From Geosiphon pyriformis uo1 (taxonomy: Eukaryota; Fungi; Glomeromycota): a stretch of DNA of 64,000 nucleotides. Each line of letters begins with the position of its first letter. Positions within the stretch are counted from its first letter, which is position 1. Made by a program: the position numbers and the translations under genes. The stretch covers positions 108,448 to 172,447 of the forward strand of contig JAAOMT010000187.1 of the NCBI GenBank assembly GCA_016748015.1, in the 5' to 3' direction. Positions 13,797-25,978 of this stretch are shown here, one piece after another. The notes under the pieces were generated by a model that saw only the letters and a program-made list of their open reading frames with translations, was not told the DNA's origin and ran no database searches.

Positions 13797-14980
13797 TTTA
13801 TGACAAATGCTGGATTGAGAGAGAACATATTTGTTATGTAATTTCCAAAAAAAGTTTATCAGTTACTTGGAACAAAGTTAAAGGTCATTTTGGTATTGTT
13901 GAAAATAAACATGTCAATTTTTATGCTGATGTTACTGTTACCTCTAAGTTTTTTTTGCCTCTCATAGTTTCTTATCATTTTCTCAATGTTGAAAGCAGAC
14001 CTGTTTTTGGAAATACTTGTTAAATTGCCAAGATATTATTTAATGTAGTTTACTCTGTTGGTTGGAAGGCCAAATGTGTTACTAGTATCATTAGTATAGG
14101 TTTCTGTGACCATTTTGATAAGGCCAGAACTTTTTGTATTTAGCATTCTAATGGCAAGATCAAATCTGACTACACTAGCACTGTGTTGACAACACTTTAG
14201 TTATACTTCATAAAGGCACTCTACCATCAATTGCCAATGGCCAAAAAAAAAAAATTGTATAATCCAAATTATCTAAATATTGCCTACATTTGGTGTGGTC
14301 TGATAGAAAACTCTGATTACGTGTTTTTTTGTGCTCATAATATCAATATTCAGAAAACACTATTGTCTAATGCTACTCTGGAATGAAATGTGTTGCTAAA
14401 GATATCTGCCAATAGGAATGTAATTGCTGATTCACTATATGAGACTGTTTCTTCCATTGACTTGTATACAGTGTTGGCTAAAAGTTTTGTGTTGAAAAGT
14501 TGAGTAGCTGACATAGTAAACCATTTGGGTGTTAATTTTGGTAGAGGCACATTGGTTGTCAATTTTGTTTGTCATTTTGCTGAGAGTTACAGGTCTGCTG
14601 TTTGGCTGCTTATGGCTAAGTTAAAGTCCTATTATAAGAAATATAAACTCCTGCCATGTGACAGTTCTTTTGTTTTTTCAGTGTTTGGTTTGCTTTCTGT
14701 GTGGTCTACTGGAATAATCTGGGATTTTGGTTTCAGGTTAGATATCTATGTGTGTTTTGGGTTGCATTCATGTCTAACCAAATCAGATTTTGGTTTCTTG
14801 TATGATGTTTTTGTGATGAGAGATTTAGGTGTGTAGTGCTGTCTTGATTGGCCTGAGTGGCTGGTCATGTATAGAAAAAGCATAAGTCATGCTTAATTTA
14901 GATTCTGTTTTTGATTTTATGTACTTAGGTAGTAGTTGAGCTGTATTTATAAAACTCATAATAATAATAATAATAATAAT
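13797..14980 (+). mobile_element. 5'-truncated LINE fragment (end of RNase H, C-terminal Cys/His region, 3' tail, (TAA)n end)
   Basis: WNKVKGHFGIVEN (RNase H motif), then ALYHQLP...CGLIENSDYVFFC; stop at 14836; conserved tail 14834-14950; (TAA)n at ~14959-14980. Confidence 0.85.
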
Positions 14981-15119
14981 AAATATTATTATTATAATTA
15001 TTATTATTATAATTTATTATAAATTTAACAAAAATTTTATATATATTAATTTGTTTTTTCAAAAAAATAATTTGAATCTTAATTACAAAATCAGATTTTA
15101 TTATTATTAATAAAAATTA

Positions 15120-17110
15120 AATGTTTAATAAATATGGCCTAATTATTATCTAAAAATTAGGAACAAATTAAGTGTTTTAGTGCTAAATAAAATTCATGTA
15201 TTTTCTATATATAACTAGTTATTCAAACCAGTTTAGACTATACTATATTGAAATTTTAAAAAAAAACTTATTAAAAGAAAGCATCTTTTAAACAATTTTA
15301 TTAACTTTAACTGCTTAAAACAAGATTTTTCTTAATAAATTGTTTAAAAACAATAACTAAAAAATTAACAAACCTAATAATAAATCTAATCAATATAGTT
15401 AATTTGGCCAAATTAGCTTTTAAAGAAATCAATTATAAAGAAACCAAAAGATTATTAACAACTACAAAAAAAACAAAAATTATCAAAGATGGAAATTTAG
15501 AACTGCTTAAAAAAGTAGAAGTCTTATTATAAGACTTAGTATTTAGAAAATATAATATAAACACTTTGGAAATTTTGAAAAGAGAAAATAGGAACATTTT
15601 ACAGTTTACAGCCAAATAATCTATTTCTTAATACTTAAAACAATATTAATAATCAAAAATTTCTTATCAAATATAATACTTTTTTAGTGTACCAGTTTTG
15701 ACTACTATAGTATTTAAATCAGCTTAAAATTCAAACATAATCAGAGCAAACTGAAAATAACAACCAAAATTAAGAAAGTAAAAAATAAAATACATCTAAT
15801 TATTAATCTAAAAGATTATATTACTAATTTTAAAAACAATACAATTAGAAAAAAGATTGACTAATTTGGTCTTAAATTTATTATGAAACAAAATAATTTT
15901 ATTTTGATTTATTAAAAAAAGAATCTTAATATTATCTTTACTTATTAATATTAACCAATAATTTAAAGCAAATACAGCAGTATTCAATTTTTTAAAATAA
16001 ATAATAACATATTGCCAAACACCAATAAACTTTAATATAACATAAGTAATCTTATCAAACTTATAAAGTATTGTCTTAATATTAACAGCAGACATACTTA
16101 AAGACATATTACACAGAACAACAATAACAAAAAAAAACCAGTTTTAGAAACCACCAAAAACTTGGCAATTTTAAAAGTAGTCAGTAAATAGAACTTGTAA
16201 ACTTAACTAAAAACAGCTTCTAAAGATTTTTGAAAAATAAATTTTATATAAAAGAGCTTTATATTGTTTTTTAATATTAACTTTATATTCAAAAAATTAT
16301 ATACAGACTGAAAAACAATTTTAATATAAGCCAATTTGATTTTGAAAGTTGTATTAAATACCAAAGTAGAGACTATTTACTTAACAAATTTTTAACAATT
16401 AGTAATAGTTTTTTAAGCACTATTAGTAACAATACCAAAAACTAACAAAGAAATTAATTCAGTTTTTATTTAATTAGTCCAGTTTTTAAAAATAAGTGAC
16501 TTAACAAAAAAGATTTGCTTTGCTTTTATAACTGGTAATAATTTGTTAAAAAACACTATATTAAATAATATAGCCAGTAATTAATTCTGATTTATTTTGG
16601 AAAACAAACCAAATAATATAACAAAAATCTTTTTCAAGATTTTATTAGAAACTATAAATAGATTTAGTATAACAATAACAAAAGCAAACAACTGCTGCTG
16701 TCTTTTTAAACCTATAATTTTCTTGATTATTTTAGAAAAAAAGATGTTAGAAGCATTAAATATAACAGAAAAAATAAAAAAAACTTAATAATTAATCTAT
16801 TATTAAATATTTTTAAATTCTTAGAAAAGATAAAAGCAATATTAAAACTAATTCAAATATGCCTCTTTAAGAAAACTTTGACTAAAAAAAAGCCAGTCAA
16901 AAATAAAAAAAATGTTTTAATAATTATTAAGAACAGTCTTTTATTATTATTATTTAAAGAAAAAATTTTTAAGACATTTTATTTAATTTTTTTTATAATA
17001 AAAAGAATCTTTCTGGTTAAAACTTTATTAAATATTTTAGAAGAGATATTAGATGCAGTTTTTTTACTTTTTGCTTTGGTTATAATTATAAAATTAAGAA
17101 AACAAAAATT
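15120..17110 (-). mobile_element. ORF1-only (HAL1-like) non-LTR element, copy H3, decayed, with a deletion near the C-terminus
   Basis: The reverse complement matches H2 from its start (TTCTTAATTTTATAATTATAACCAAAGCAAAAAGT, ~17089) through VLKFIGVWQYVIIYF to the shared 3' tail at ~15125-15245. Confidence 0.72.
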
Positions 17111-17232
17111 TTTTTTTATTAAACTTAATAAAAATATAATTAAATTACAATTAATTAAAACAATTTAAATACTTAAAATTCCAAAAATATTATTTTTATA
17201 ATTATTATATTAATAAATAATATTAAAATATA

Positions 17233-18654
17233 TTTTTTTTATTAAGAATTTAATGAGCGAAGCCCAATCACTATCTAGTATATAGAGCCAAACTAAGAGG
17301 CTTAAACTAAACATGACTTATGCGCTTACTACACATGACTAGCCACTTAAGCCAGTCAAGGCAACACTACACACCTATAATAACCTGTACACTACCTCCC
17401 AGACCAGAAAAAAAACCATATGGCTTCTGATGACCAAAGCTAACAGCAAAAAACTCAGCCACACTAAGCAACCTAACAACACCATCAGAAAGCAAAGAAG
17501 ACACACCATGAAAAAGCCCAGAAACAACATCACTATCTTGAACCAAACCAGCCTTCTCCATCACCACCCAATGGCTAGATCTCACCAATTACACCCTAGC
17601 ACGATACAACTCAACAATAAACCTTATGAAATTAACAATCTAAGCAACAGCCAATTTTTGGTCATCAACAACACAACAAGTCTCCCTAAGCCACTCATCC
17701 AGCACAAACCCCTTGCATATCAAAGCATACAACCCAACATCAATGGAACATTGAGATAGTACCCATAACACAGCAGACAAAGAACAATCAAAAACACCAG
17801 CCACAGCAGACCAATGAGTAGAAGCCTCAACCAAAATCTCATTGTGAATGTTAGATTCATGAACACAAGTAAAAGCATGGTCAGAGAACTCCACACCACC
17901 ACACAACAGACACAGCACACCAGGGTAACATCTATTATACAGCCTCTTTCTGACTACTACCAGCAATCTCTTGTGCACAGCTTTCATCATATAAGAGCAG
18001 AGTATTTAAGACTTGCGACTAGTGAAACCAGTAAGCATATGAGAATTAGGATGCCACATTCTTGCAGTAGCAACTCAGTCCACACAACCAACTATCACAT
18101 CTGGAACCACATTGCAGCCAGAGCCAGCTTCCCAATGAGCATGACAAACAGACCAAAAATTATTCTGGACAAAATAACAGGCATTACCAGAAACAGCAGT
18201 ATTCTCAGCAACCAGAAAGTATTTACACATATTGGCCAATAGTAAGAAGGGAAACCCAGAGACAGTCCCAGCAGCCAAGTTGGCTTTCACATTACCAAGA
18301 ATTCTGGAATGGCCCTTTACCTTAGCCCAACTCACATTAAGATCCTTATTCCTGACCAAATTAAAAATATGATGCCTCTCAAGCCAGTATTGATTACAGA
18401 AATCAGGGATGGCAAGAGACATTTCAGATACACATGCATTAATGGCAGCCTGACTGTCAAGATGCAACACCACAGTACTAGAAAAAAGGACACACTTCAA
18501 AGACAAAGCAACAGTCTGTAATTCGGCCATAGTAGAAGACAAAAGGCTCCAAACCACAACACTAATGCTCAAATCCAAGGCCAGAAAGTATGCAGCAGCA
18601 CCACCTGCAACCTCAGCAGAGCCAGCATTCTTCAAGGATCCATCTGTATAAACC
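17233..18654 (-). mobile_element. LINE B, 3' part (RNase H, CCHC finger, 3' tail, polyA)
   Basis: VYTDGSLKNAGS...AELQ...DSQAA...KVKGHS; CLLCGGVEFSDHAFTC; stop at 17367; tail, then polyA (T-run 17233-17240 on +). Confidence 0.92.
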
Positions 18655-21600
18655 TAACTACTGATACATTGTACACCACAAACCAGAAAAACTCCACACC
18701 AATGTTGATTGTCTCTCAAGAATAAGACAAGATTAGAATACAAAACCAACACCCATTTGAATTAACAACAAAACAACAAACAATGAATCCCGAAAACTAC
18801 AACAATCTTAAATATCTGGAGACATTAACAATTCTAACAGATTGGTTCTCAGATGAAAAACATTAGTTACAACAACAAGCCAAACAATACTTCTTACACA
18901 ACAATATTATTTATTATCAAAACTTCAGAAATCCAGACAGTCTGCTCAGATTAATACAAGAATATGAAAAAAAAACCATTTTATAAAACATGCACTCAGA
19001 TCTTTCATCAGCACACCTAGGAAAAGACAGCACCATTCAGAGAACAGTAGGATATTACTTTTGGCCTCGAATGAGAAAAGAAATTCATAAATACATTCAA
19101 TTTTGTAATAGTTGTCAAAGAAGAGAAGGAACTCACCCTACAGAACCTTTAAACCCAATCAAAGTTGGACAGCCATTTGACCAAGTTGGTATCGATCTAG
19201 TTGGACCACTCCCTATTATAAACCAAGAAAACCGTTATATTGCAATAGTAGTAGACTATCTTACCAAATGGCCTGAAGTCAAAGCCATTCAATGAGCAGA
19301 TGCGAAATCAGTAGCAAATTTCATTTACGAAGACATCATTTGTAGACACAAATGCCCAATAAAACTTTTATCTGATCAAGGAACCCATTTTGTGAATAAT
19401 TTAATCCAGAAAATTTGTAGACGATTTAATGTCAAAAGACCATTATTTTTGCCCTACTATCCATAAACAAATGGACTTGTAGAACATTTTAACAGAACAT
19501 TGTGTGAATCATTAGCCAAAGTCTCAACTGATTTTGAGCAAGAATGGGATATCTTTATTCCATCAGTGTTACTAGCATACAGAACACTAAAACAAATACC
19601 ACAAAACACACACTATTTGATTTAACTTATGGAAAGACAGCAACATTACCAATTAGTTTTACAGTAGAAACATACCCAGCACAACCAATTGATAAAAACA
19701 ATTTCCAGGAAACACTTTAATAAAGAGCCTACACTCTGCTTAGCACATTGGAAAGAAAATGACGAATAGCAGCCACCCATATTGAACACTCCCAAGCTCA
19801 ACAAAAAGAATAACATAACAACAAATTGCCTCCAGTTACCAATGGATTTAAAATTGAAAACAAAGTTTTCTTACACAGAACTAAAGCTAAAAAACAATGG
19901 AGTGGAAAATTTGGAAATAAATGGGATGGACTATTCTTTATCTATGAAGTTCTAGGCAACGGATCATACAAGCTAAGACTTGATAACAAAATCCTAGCAA
20001 AAGTTGCACATGGAGATCGTTTGAAACACTATAATTCCAGAAACAATCTTGAACCATTAAATCCACAAATTGGTACACATTTTCTTTTAATCAATCCCAA
20101 AGATATTTCCCAAAATTTAGAACCAATAGTTGTTATTAAACAACCTTCCAACTTGAACACTTAACTTAAATTTATTATAGTTATTTTCTTATAATTTAGA
20201 AACAATTTCACAAAAACAAAACAAAAATAACATAAAAACTCATACACCAAAAATAATTTTTTTTTATTTCAAATCTCTTATAATGACTATTCCTTAAAAC
20301 ATTCAACAATTATCCCAAAAACTAATATTAGCTTTAAAAACAATACCTGAATTATCCATTACTGTTACTGAAAACCACATTAATTATACCCAAACAGAAG
20401 TAGTTACAAATTTAGCCCCAAATTCACGAAAATATTACCCATATAAGAAAAACACAAGAAGTTATTCTGGAATTTACCTGCCAGAACTTTTAAAGCTTGC
20501 TTTAAGAGAAAACTTAATGCTCACTTCTATTAGTATTCCACCAAATGCTACTATTCAACAAAAACTTCAACTGTGTTTTAATGAAGAAAACTACAACTAT
20601 ACTCCAATATATAGATATTTCTACATTGGAAAAACACTTCATGAACAAAAACAAGAGCTTACAGCAGCAAACCTCACAAAAGAAGCTATTTGGAAACAAC
20701 TCCACAATGAATTCAAGACAACAGCTGGATTTACAAACAGTCATTATAAACTAAGAACTGCTCTTAAACTTTATGACCTATTTCACACCTGTGAAAACGT
20801 CCTACAAAATCCAATTTTACGACCTTTGAAGATTCAATACATTGGAAAGCTTACAGAACTGAAATTTCAACAATTTTCAGACCAAATTTTTTCAACAATT
20901 TTGGATTATTATCTGGAAATTACAGACAGTACTTGGACTTTGATGGAGCTCAGTCTTGAGGAGAAGGTTATATTACCAGACAAAATTAGAGATATTGTTT
21001 AGCATGAAATTACCCTTATAATTCTTATTATTAATTAACATTTCAAATTATCACTTATTACATTAGCAAAATATCCAAAATTATTATTTAATTAATAACC
21101 CAATTTGTATATAACACAAATGTAACCTAATTGTAATGATCAATCATGCAATACCCTAAACTATGTAAACATTCAAAAAGTTCGCCAAAATTTGTAGAAA
21201 TTTGCTGAAATAATTGATAGTTCACCGAAATATTTAATAGTTTACTGAAATGTATCTTTAATTCAGCGAAATTGTAGAAAAGAGCAAAGTTCAAGTTTAT
21301 AGAATAGTGTTATGACAAGTTGTATAAAAGAAGAGCTTCTCTCTTCAAAAAAATATATCTTACTTCAGATTTAACAATTAGAATCATCCTTTATACACAA
21401 AACAAAATAAATATCAAATAAATTCAAAAAAGCCAAATTCTTAATTATTTCTCTTGAAATTAACCAATTCCTATCAACAGTTTGAAATTAACTAGTTACC
21501 AATTTCAGTAAACTGTTAAAGCACTTCTAGGCCTGGATCTGAAACGACCTCCATAAATCATCAGTTTTATTTTTTTTTACAATTCTTTTATTTTTCTTTT

Positions 21601-21925
21601 CTTTTCTTATTACAATCATTAAGGTAGCCTACAGACGAGATTCCTGTAAAAGAGTTAACTTTCACAGCAAAGTAACTATACATTTTTAGTGAGCTTCCAG
21701 ACAAGCAATTCCTGGGAAAGAGTTGACGTTTACTACAATGTAACTACACAAAGTAACTGGCATGGAATTGGCCATTTCACTTATAAGCCCAGCAGTTCAA
21801 ATTATAGGAGATAATTTAAAGATAAATTCAGTTATCGGAGGTTCAAACACTTCCCATAATTGTGAATTAACAGCATTACAACAAACATACAAGAGCTAAG
21901 AAGAGACCAAAAACCTCCGGTAACA
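18655..21925 (+). mobile_element. 3' half of gypsy copy G3 (RNase H end, integrase 18783-20164, ORF3 20283-21002, 3' LTR 20971-21925), nested in LINE B
   Basis: Aligns with 49110-52745; PPT GAGGAGAAGG precedes the LTR; LTR ends CCGGTAACA at 21925. Confidence 0.93.
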
Positions 21926-24890
21926 CTGGGAAGCTTTAACCAATTTAGACACCAAGAGCTCCAATCTATAAAACCTGGATGAAGTCTTGGTAAAGACACC
22001 ATCATATTCCTTAAACCATTTTTTTTTGAAAACCACATATGCCGAAAAACACAAGGTTTTGTGAATAGCATCCCATATAGCATTCAAATCCAAATGCCTT
22101 TTGGCATCCAAGAACTCAACAAAGAACATGGCAGCATTAGCCACCATCTCTTCCTTAAACTTTGATCACAAAGCACCACCAGCATTATTATAATTGTATT
22201 TCCAATAATCCTTATTGGCCTGTTTGCGAATAAAATACAAATAGGTATCCAAGAGACCACTCAAACCAACCAATACAGAAACGGCTTGGTGGTCCATATC
22301 AAAGAAATTGACCACATCCAGAATATTGTGATTCAAAATAGCATTGACCAAATTAGGAGACATAAAAAGATAATCAATAGTTTTCATCACACCCTGAGAA
22401 TTACTCCATGTTGGAACCTTTAAAAATGGATTTCCAACAAGTGAGTTAACCAGGCCCAAGCTTTCACACTTTCTGAAACTGGCACTTTTATGCAAACCAT
22501 CTTCATTGAAGTCATCTCCCAAGATTAAGAAGGAGGATTTATTCACGGCTCTAGCAATCAAAGTATTCACATCATCGGCCTGAGAGAAGCATACCAAAGC
22601 TGATATGCCAGCATATAGACCCAAGATAGAAACTGAGAGTTTATTCTTAAAAAGTAACCTGACAGAAATAAGACGACCAGAGACTTTAGAGACTTTACAC
22701 ACATGCTTGGCCAGAGCAATGTTCATAATGATAGCCACACCTGAACAAATATAACCTAAATCCAAACCAGAAATAAAAACCCTAACACCAGCAAACTTAT
22801 CAGCAATCTACGGACAAACTCTACCCTTTAACTTTATTTCTTTAACTATTGAAACCATATTGTTTATGCTCATATGCCAACAAATAATGTCAGCTTGCTT
22901 AGAAGGATTATTCATTCCTTTAACATTGCATGTAGCTATTTTCCACACAAAACTGTTCATTGAAAAGAGGATAAAAGAGACACAATACCAGTCAAACTCA
23001 AACCATCCAAATAAGCTGTGAGGCTCATCACTAAAACAGAAAGTCCTGCAAGAATGGATTCCAATTTCTTCACCCCAAGGGAGACAAACAAATCAGGTTT
23101 CGAAGCAGCCTCACCACTAGTGGTTCCACTTAAACCCTCTTCCATCACTACATCTCCCACATAATCCTGTAATAGGGGGGTCACCGATGGCTGGCATCCA
23201 AGGCTAGGCTGGGAAACCACCAGTCCAAGTGAATCCAACCTTTGAGCCAACTTACCAATTTGTTCTATAAGACTAGTGAGACTGCTCTCAATATTCTTCA
23301 AACAGTCTTCCAATTCATTATCAAAAGTCGGGAAAAATTTACCATAGGATATGGAACCAGATTGAGCTGAACCACCAAGAGACACTATCAGAAGTGGTTT
23401 ACCAACCATGGATGCCCAAGTTTTTCCACTGAATGCCAAAGGATGAGAAACAGGAGCAGATTTTTTCTCATATATTTTTACCAGACAGAACTGATCCTGA
23501 GCTGAGAGAGGAGTTTTCTTGCTCTTAGGACTTGAGAACACACCAGCAGTATGACAAGCAAGAGAAGTATGACCAGAATTTTTGCAAATTGAACACAGTG
23601 CAGCAGTTAAACGAAACCATCGGAGACCAACACTTTTTATAACAGAAGTGTTTGCCATTGCTTGAATTAGGCTACTCTCAGAATTGAAGCACACAGTGGC
23701 ACAGTGTGTCTGAACATAACTGACAGAATTGCGTTTGATAACACAAGTTTTCCCATTGACTGAACCAATAAAGTCCCAAAGATCATGAGCATTAGTGTCT
23801 ATGGGAAGAGTATAAAGCAAAGCCCTAAACTCATCTTTGGCATCCCACGTTTGTTTGTCAACATTGGCCTGGGCCACACACACCACATCTTTCCCAATAA
23901 GGATGGACCACTCAGCCACCAAGAGATTAGCTTGATTTTGATTCTCCAATTTGATGATCACTTTTTGCCATAGACCTACCAACTGCATCTTGATTGACTT
24001 AATAAACCCAAATTCAGAAATGGCTGCACACACCGCCTCAATGAAAGTTCCTACAGGAATTTCTTTCAACACGATTGTCTAATTTGTACGATTGTTGATG
24101 GGATGCTTAAGATCAGTGTTTATCACAACACCACAATTATTTGCCAATTGTGCAGCTGCCATCATTGCCTTTTCAGAAGTGAAAGAAGTCTGGATGATTC
24201 CACCAAATTTTGAGAGAGTAGAGGCCCCCCCAAAACCATTTACACCTGAAAAAATTTTTCTGACAAAATTGACTTTTTCCTGAGAAGATTTCCCAGTGAT
24301 GGCCACAAGATCAATATCTAAAGCAAAGAATTTGTGAACAGGCACCTGAATGAACAGTTTGACAGGTAGAAGAGGCAGAAGAAGAAAGGAATCATCTAAC
24401 ACGTTATCATCTATATTGACAGTTTCATAATCAATCACATCCAGAGGCTTCCCTAACACCTTTTTGGTCTTTACATGTAAACTCTTTGGTATTTGATTAA
24501 GATCCCCTTTCATAAAAGCACCACTCTTATTATAGTCAACACTGGTTTCTTCAACCAAGCACTCCTCTTCTATGTCAATATTCTCAGACTTAATAGTATT
24601 ACCCATCTTAGAATTCCATAAATGAGCACCAGAAGCTTTAGCAGCAACCCCTCTATTATCAACACCTTCTGTCAATACACCACTCTTCCTCTTTTTTTTC
24701 GACATAACTGCCTTGAAACCACCCTCAGAACCAGAAACTTTACTAGTCTTCTTTATAACAGCAATAATAGAGCCAATAGTGGCCTCGTAATTGAAGAACA
24801 GTTTTGATTTATCATATTGAATGATAAAAAACTTCTTTCGAAAAAACTTTTGACTCTTTTTTGGAAATTTTGGATGAAAAAAAGAAAGAA
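21926..24890 (-). mobile_element. LINE B, 5' part (ORF1 ~24757-22957; ORF2 APE endonuclease from 22960)
   Basis: ORF1 with RRM-like blocks and a CSICKNSGHTSLAC knuckle; ORF2 IATCNVKG...DFN...TIDY...DH (APE). The 5' boundary is approximate. Confidence 0.9.
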
Positions 24891-24899
24891 GTTTTTTAG

Positions 24900-25870
24900 T
24901 TTTTTTTTGTGTTTTTTATTAAATATAAATTTTTTATAAAATTTTAATTTTAATAATAATAATTACTAAAACTTTTTTATATTTAAAAATAACAATAATA
25001 AAATTTTAATAATACTTATTAAAAAACTAAAAAAACACATTTAACTATTTACTTAAAAATATGTAACCAAAAAAGATAATTAATTTAGTTTTAAATATAT
25101 CTTAAAAAACAATAACTTTTTTCAATTAAAAAAATTCCAATATTATTTTTTATTATTAAATTAATTAATAAACTAATACAATTTTAACAATTTTAAATAA
25201 CTTAAAATACATAATAAAATATTATTTTAAATTAATAAACTTTAACTTAATATCTAAAATTTTATTATATAAAATTATAACAATAAAAACAAAAAGCAAA
25301 AACAAAAACAGAAATTACAAAAAATTTAGCAATTTTAAAAATAATAAAAAAATTTAGCAAGTTTAATTCTAATAATAATATTTAAAAAAAATTAAAAAGC
25401 AATTTTTATATAAAAAAATTTAATAAATTAATAAAATTATACAAAAACTAAAAACAGTCTTAACAGAAATTAATTTAATTTTTGCTGTTTTATTAAATAT
25501 TAATAAATAATTTATTAAGTATTATTTTTTTATAATTTACTTTTATAATACATATATATATTTAAGTAATTATTATTTGGTTTTAAAAAAAAGTTTTGTA
25601 TTAATAATAAATTAAAATTATTTATAGTTAAAAAAACAATTTGTAAAAATTAAAATTTTAAATTTATTAAAAATAAAATATGTGTTAAAAAAACTATTAA
25701 AATATATTATTAAATTATAAATTAATAAATTAACAAATTAAAACATAATAATAAATATTAGCAAAAATATTAACAAATAACGTTTATTTTTAACATAATA
25801 TGAATTTTATATATTAATTAAATAATAATAATAATACTTCTTAAATATATAACCAAAATTTTTAAAATAA
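24900..25870. other. Extremely AT-rich tract, probably a terminally decayed ORF1-like retroelement relic
   Basis: Almost no G/C. The minus strand around 25440-25490 retains a KIKLISVKTVF-like remnant resembling H2. Confidence 0.45.
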
Positions 25871-25978
25871 GTGATGACATTGATCTCTGATAATTTTCTC
25901 ACCCAATCATTAGGTAAAAATTCATTGCGACGTGGCATCTAAATAGCACCTTATTCCACTTTCACTCTATTCGAAAAA
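25871..25978 (+). promoter_or_regulatory. Compact SEC31 proximal promoter/5' UTR with CCAAT (25903-25907) and GACGTGGCA (25929-25937)
   Basis: This is the only normal-composition, CpG-retaining DNA between the AT desert and the ATG. The motifs are read directly; their function is inferred. Confidence 0.5.

Noticed and set aside
17430-18521. Plus-strand ORFs antisense to LINE B, and similar antisense or alternate-frame ORFs over other TEs and SEC31
   Set aside because: These are shadows of biased codon usage, with no motifs and no conservation between copies.
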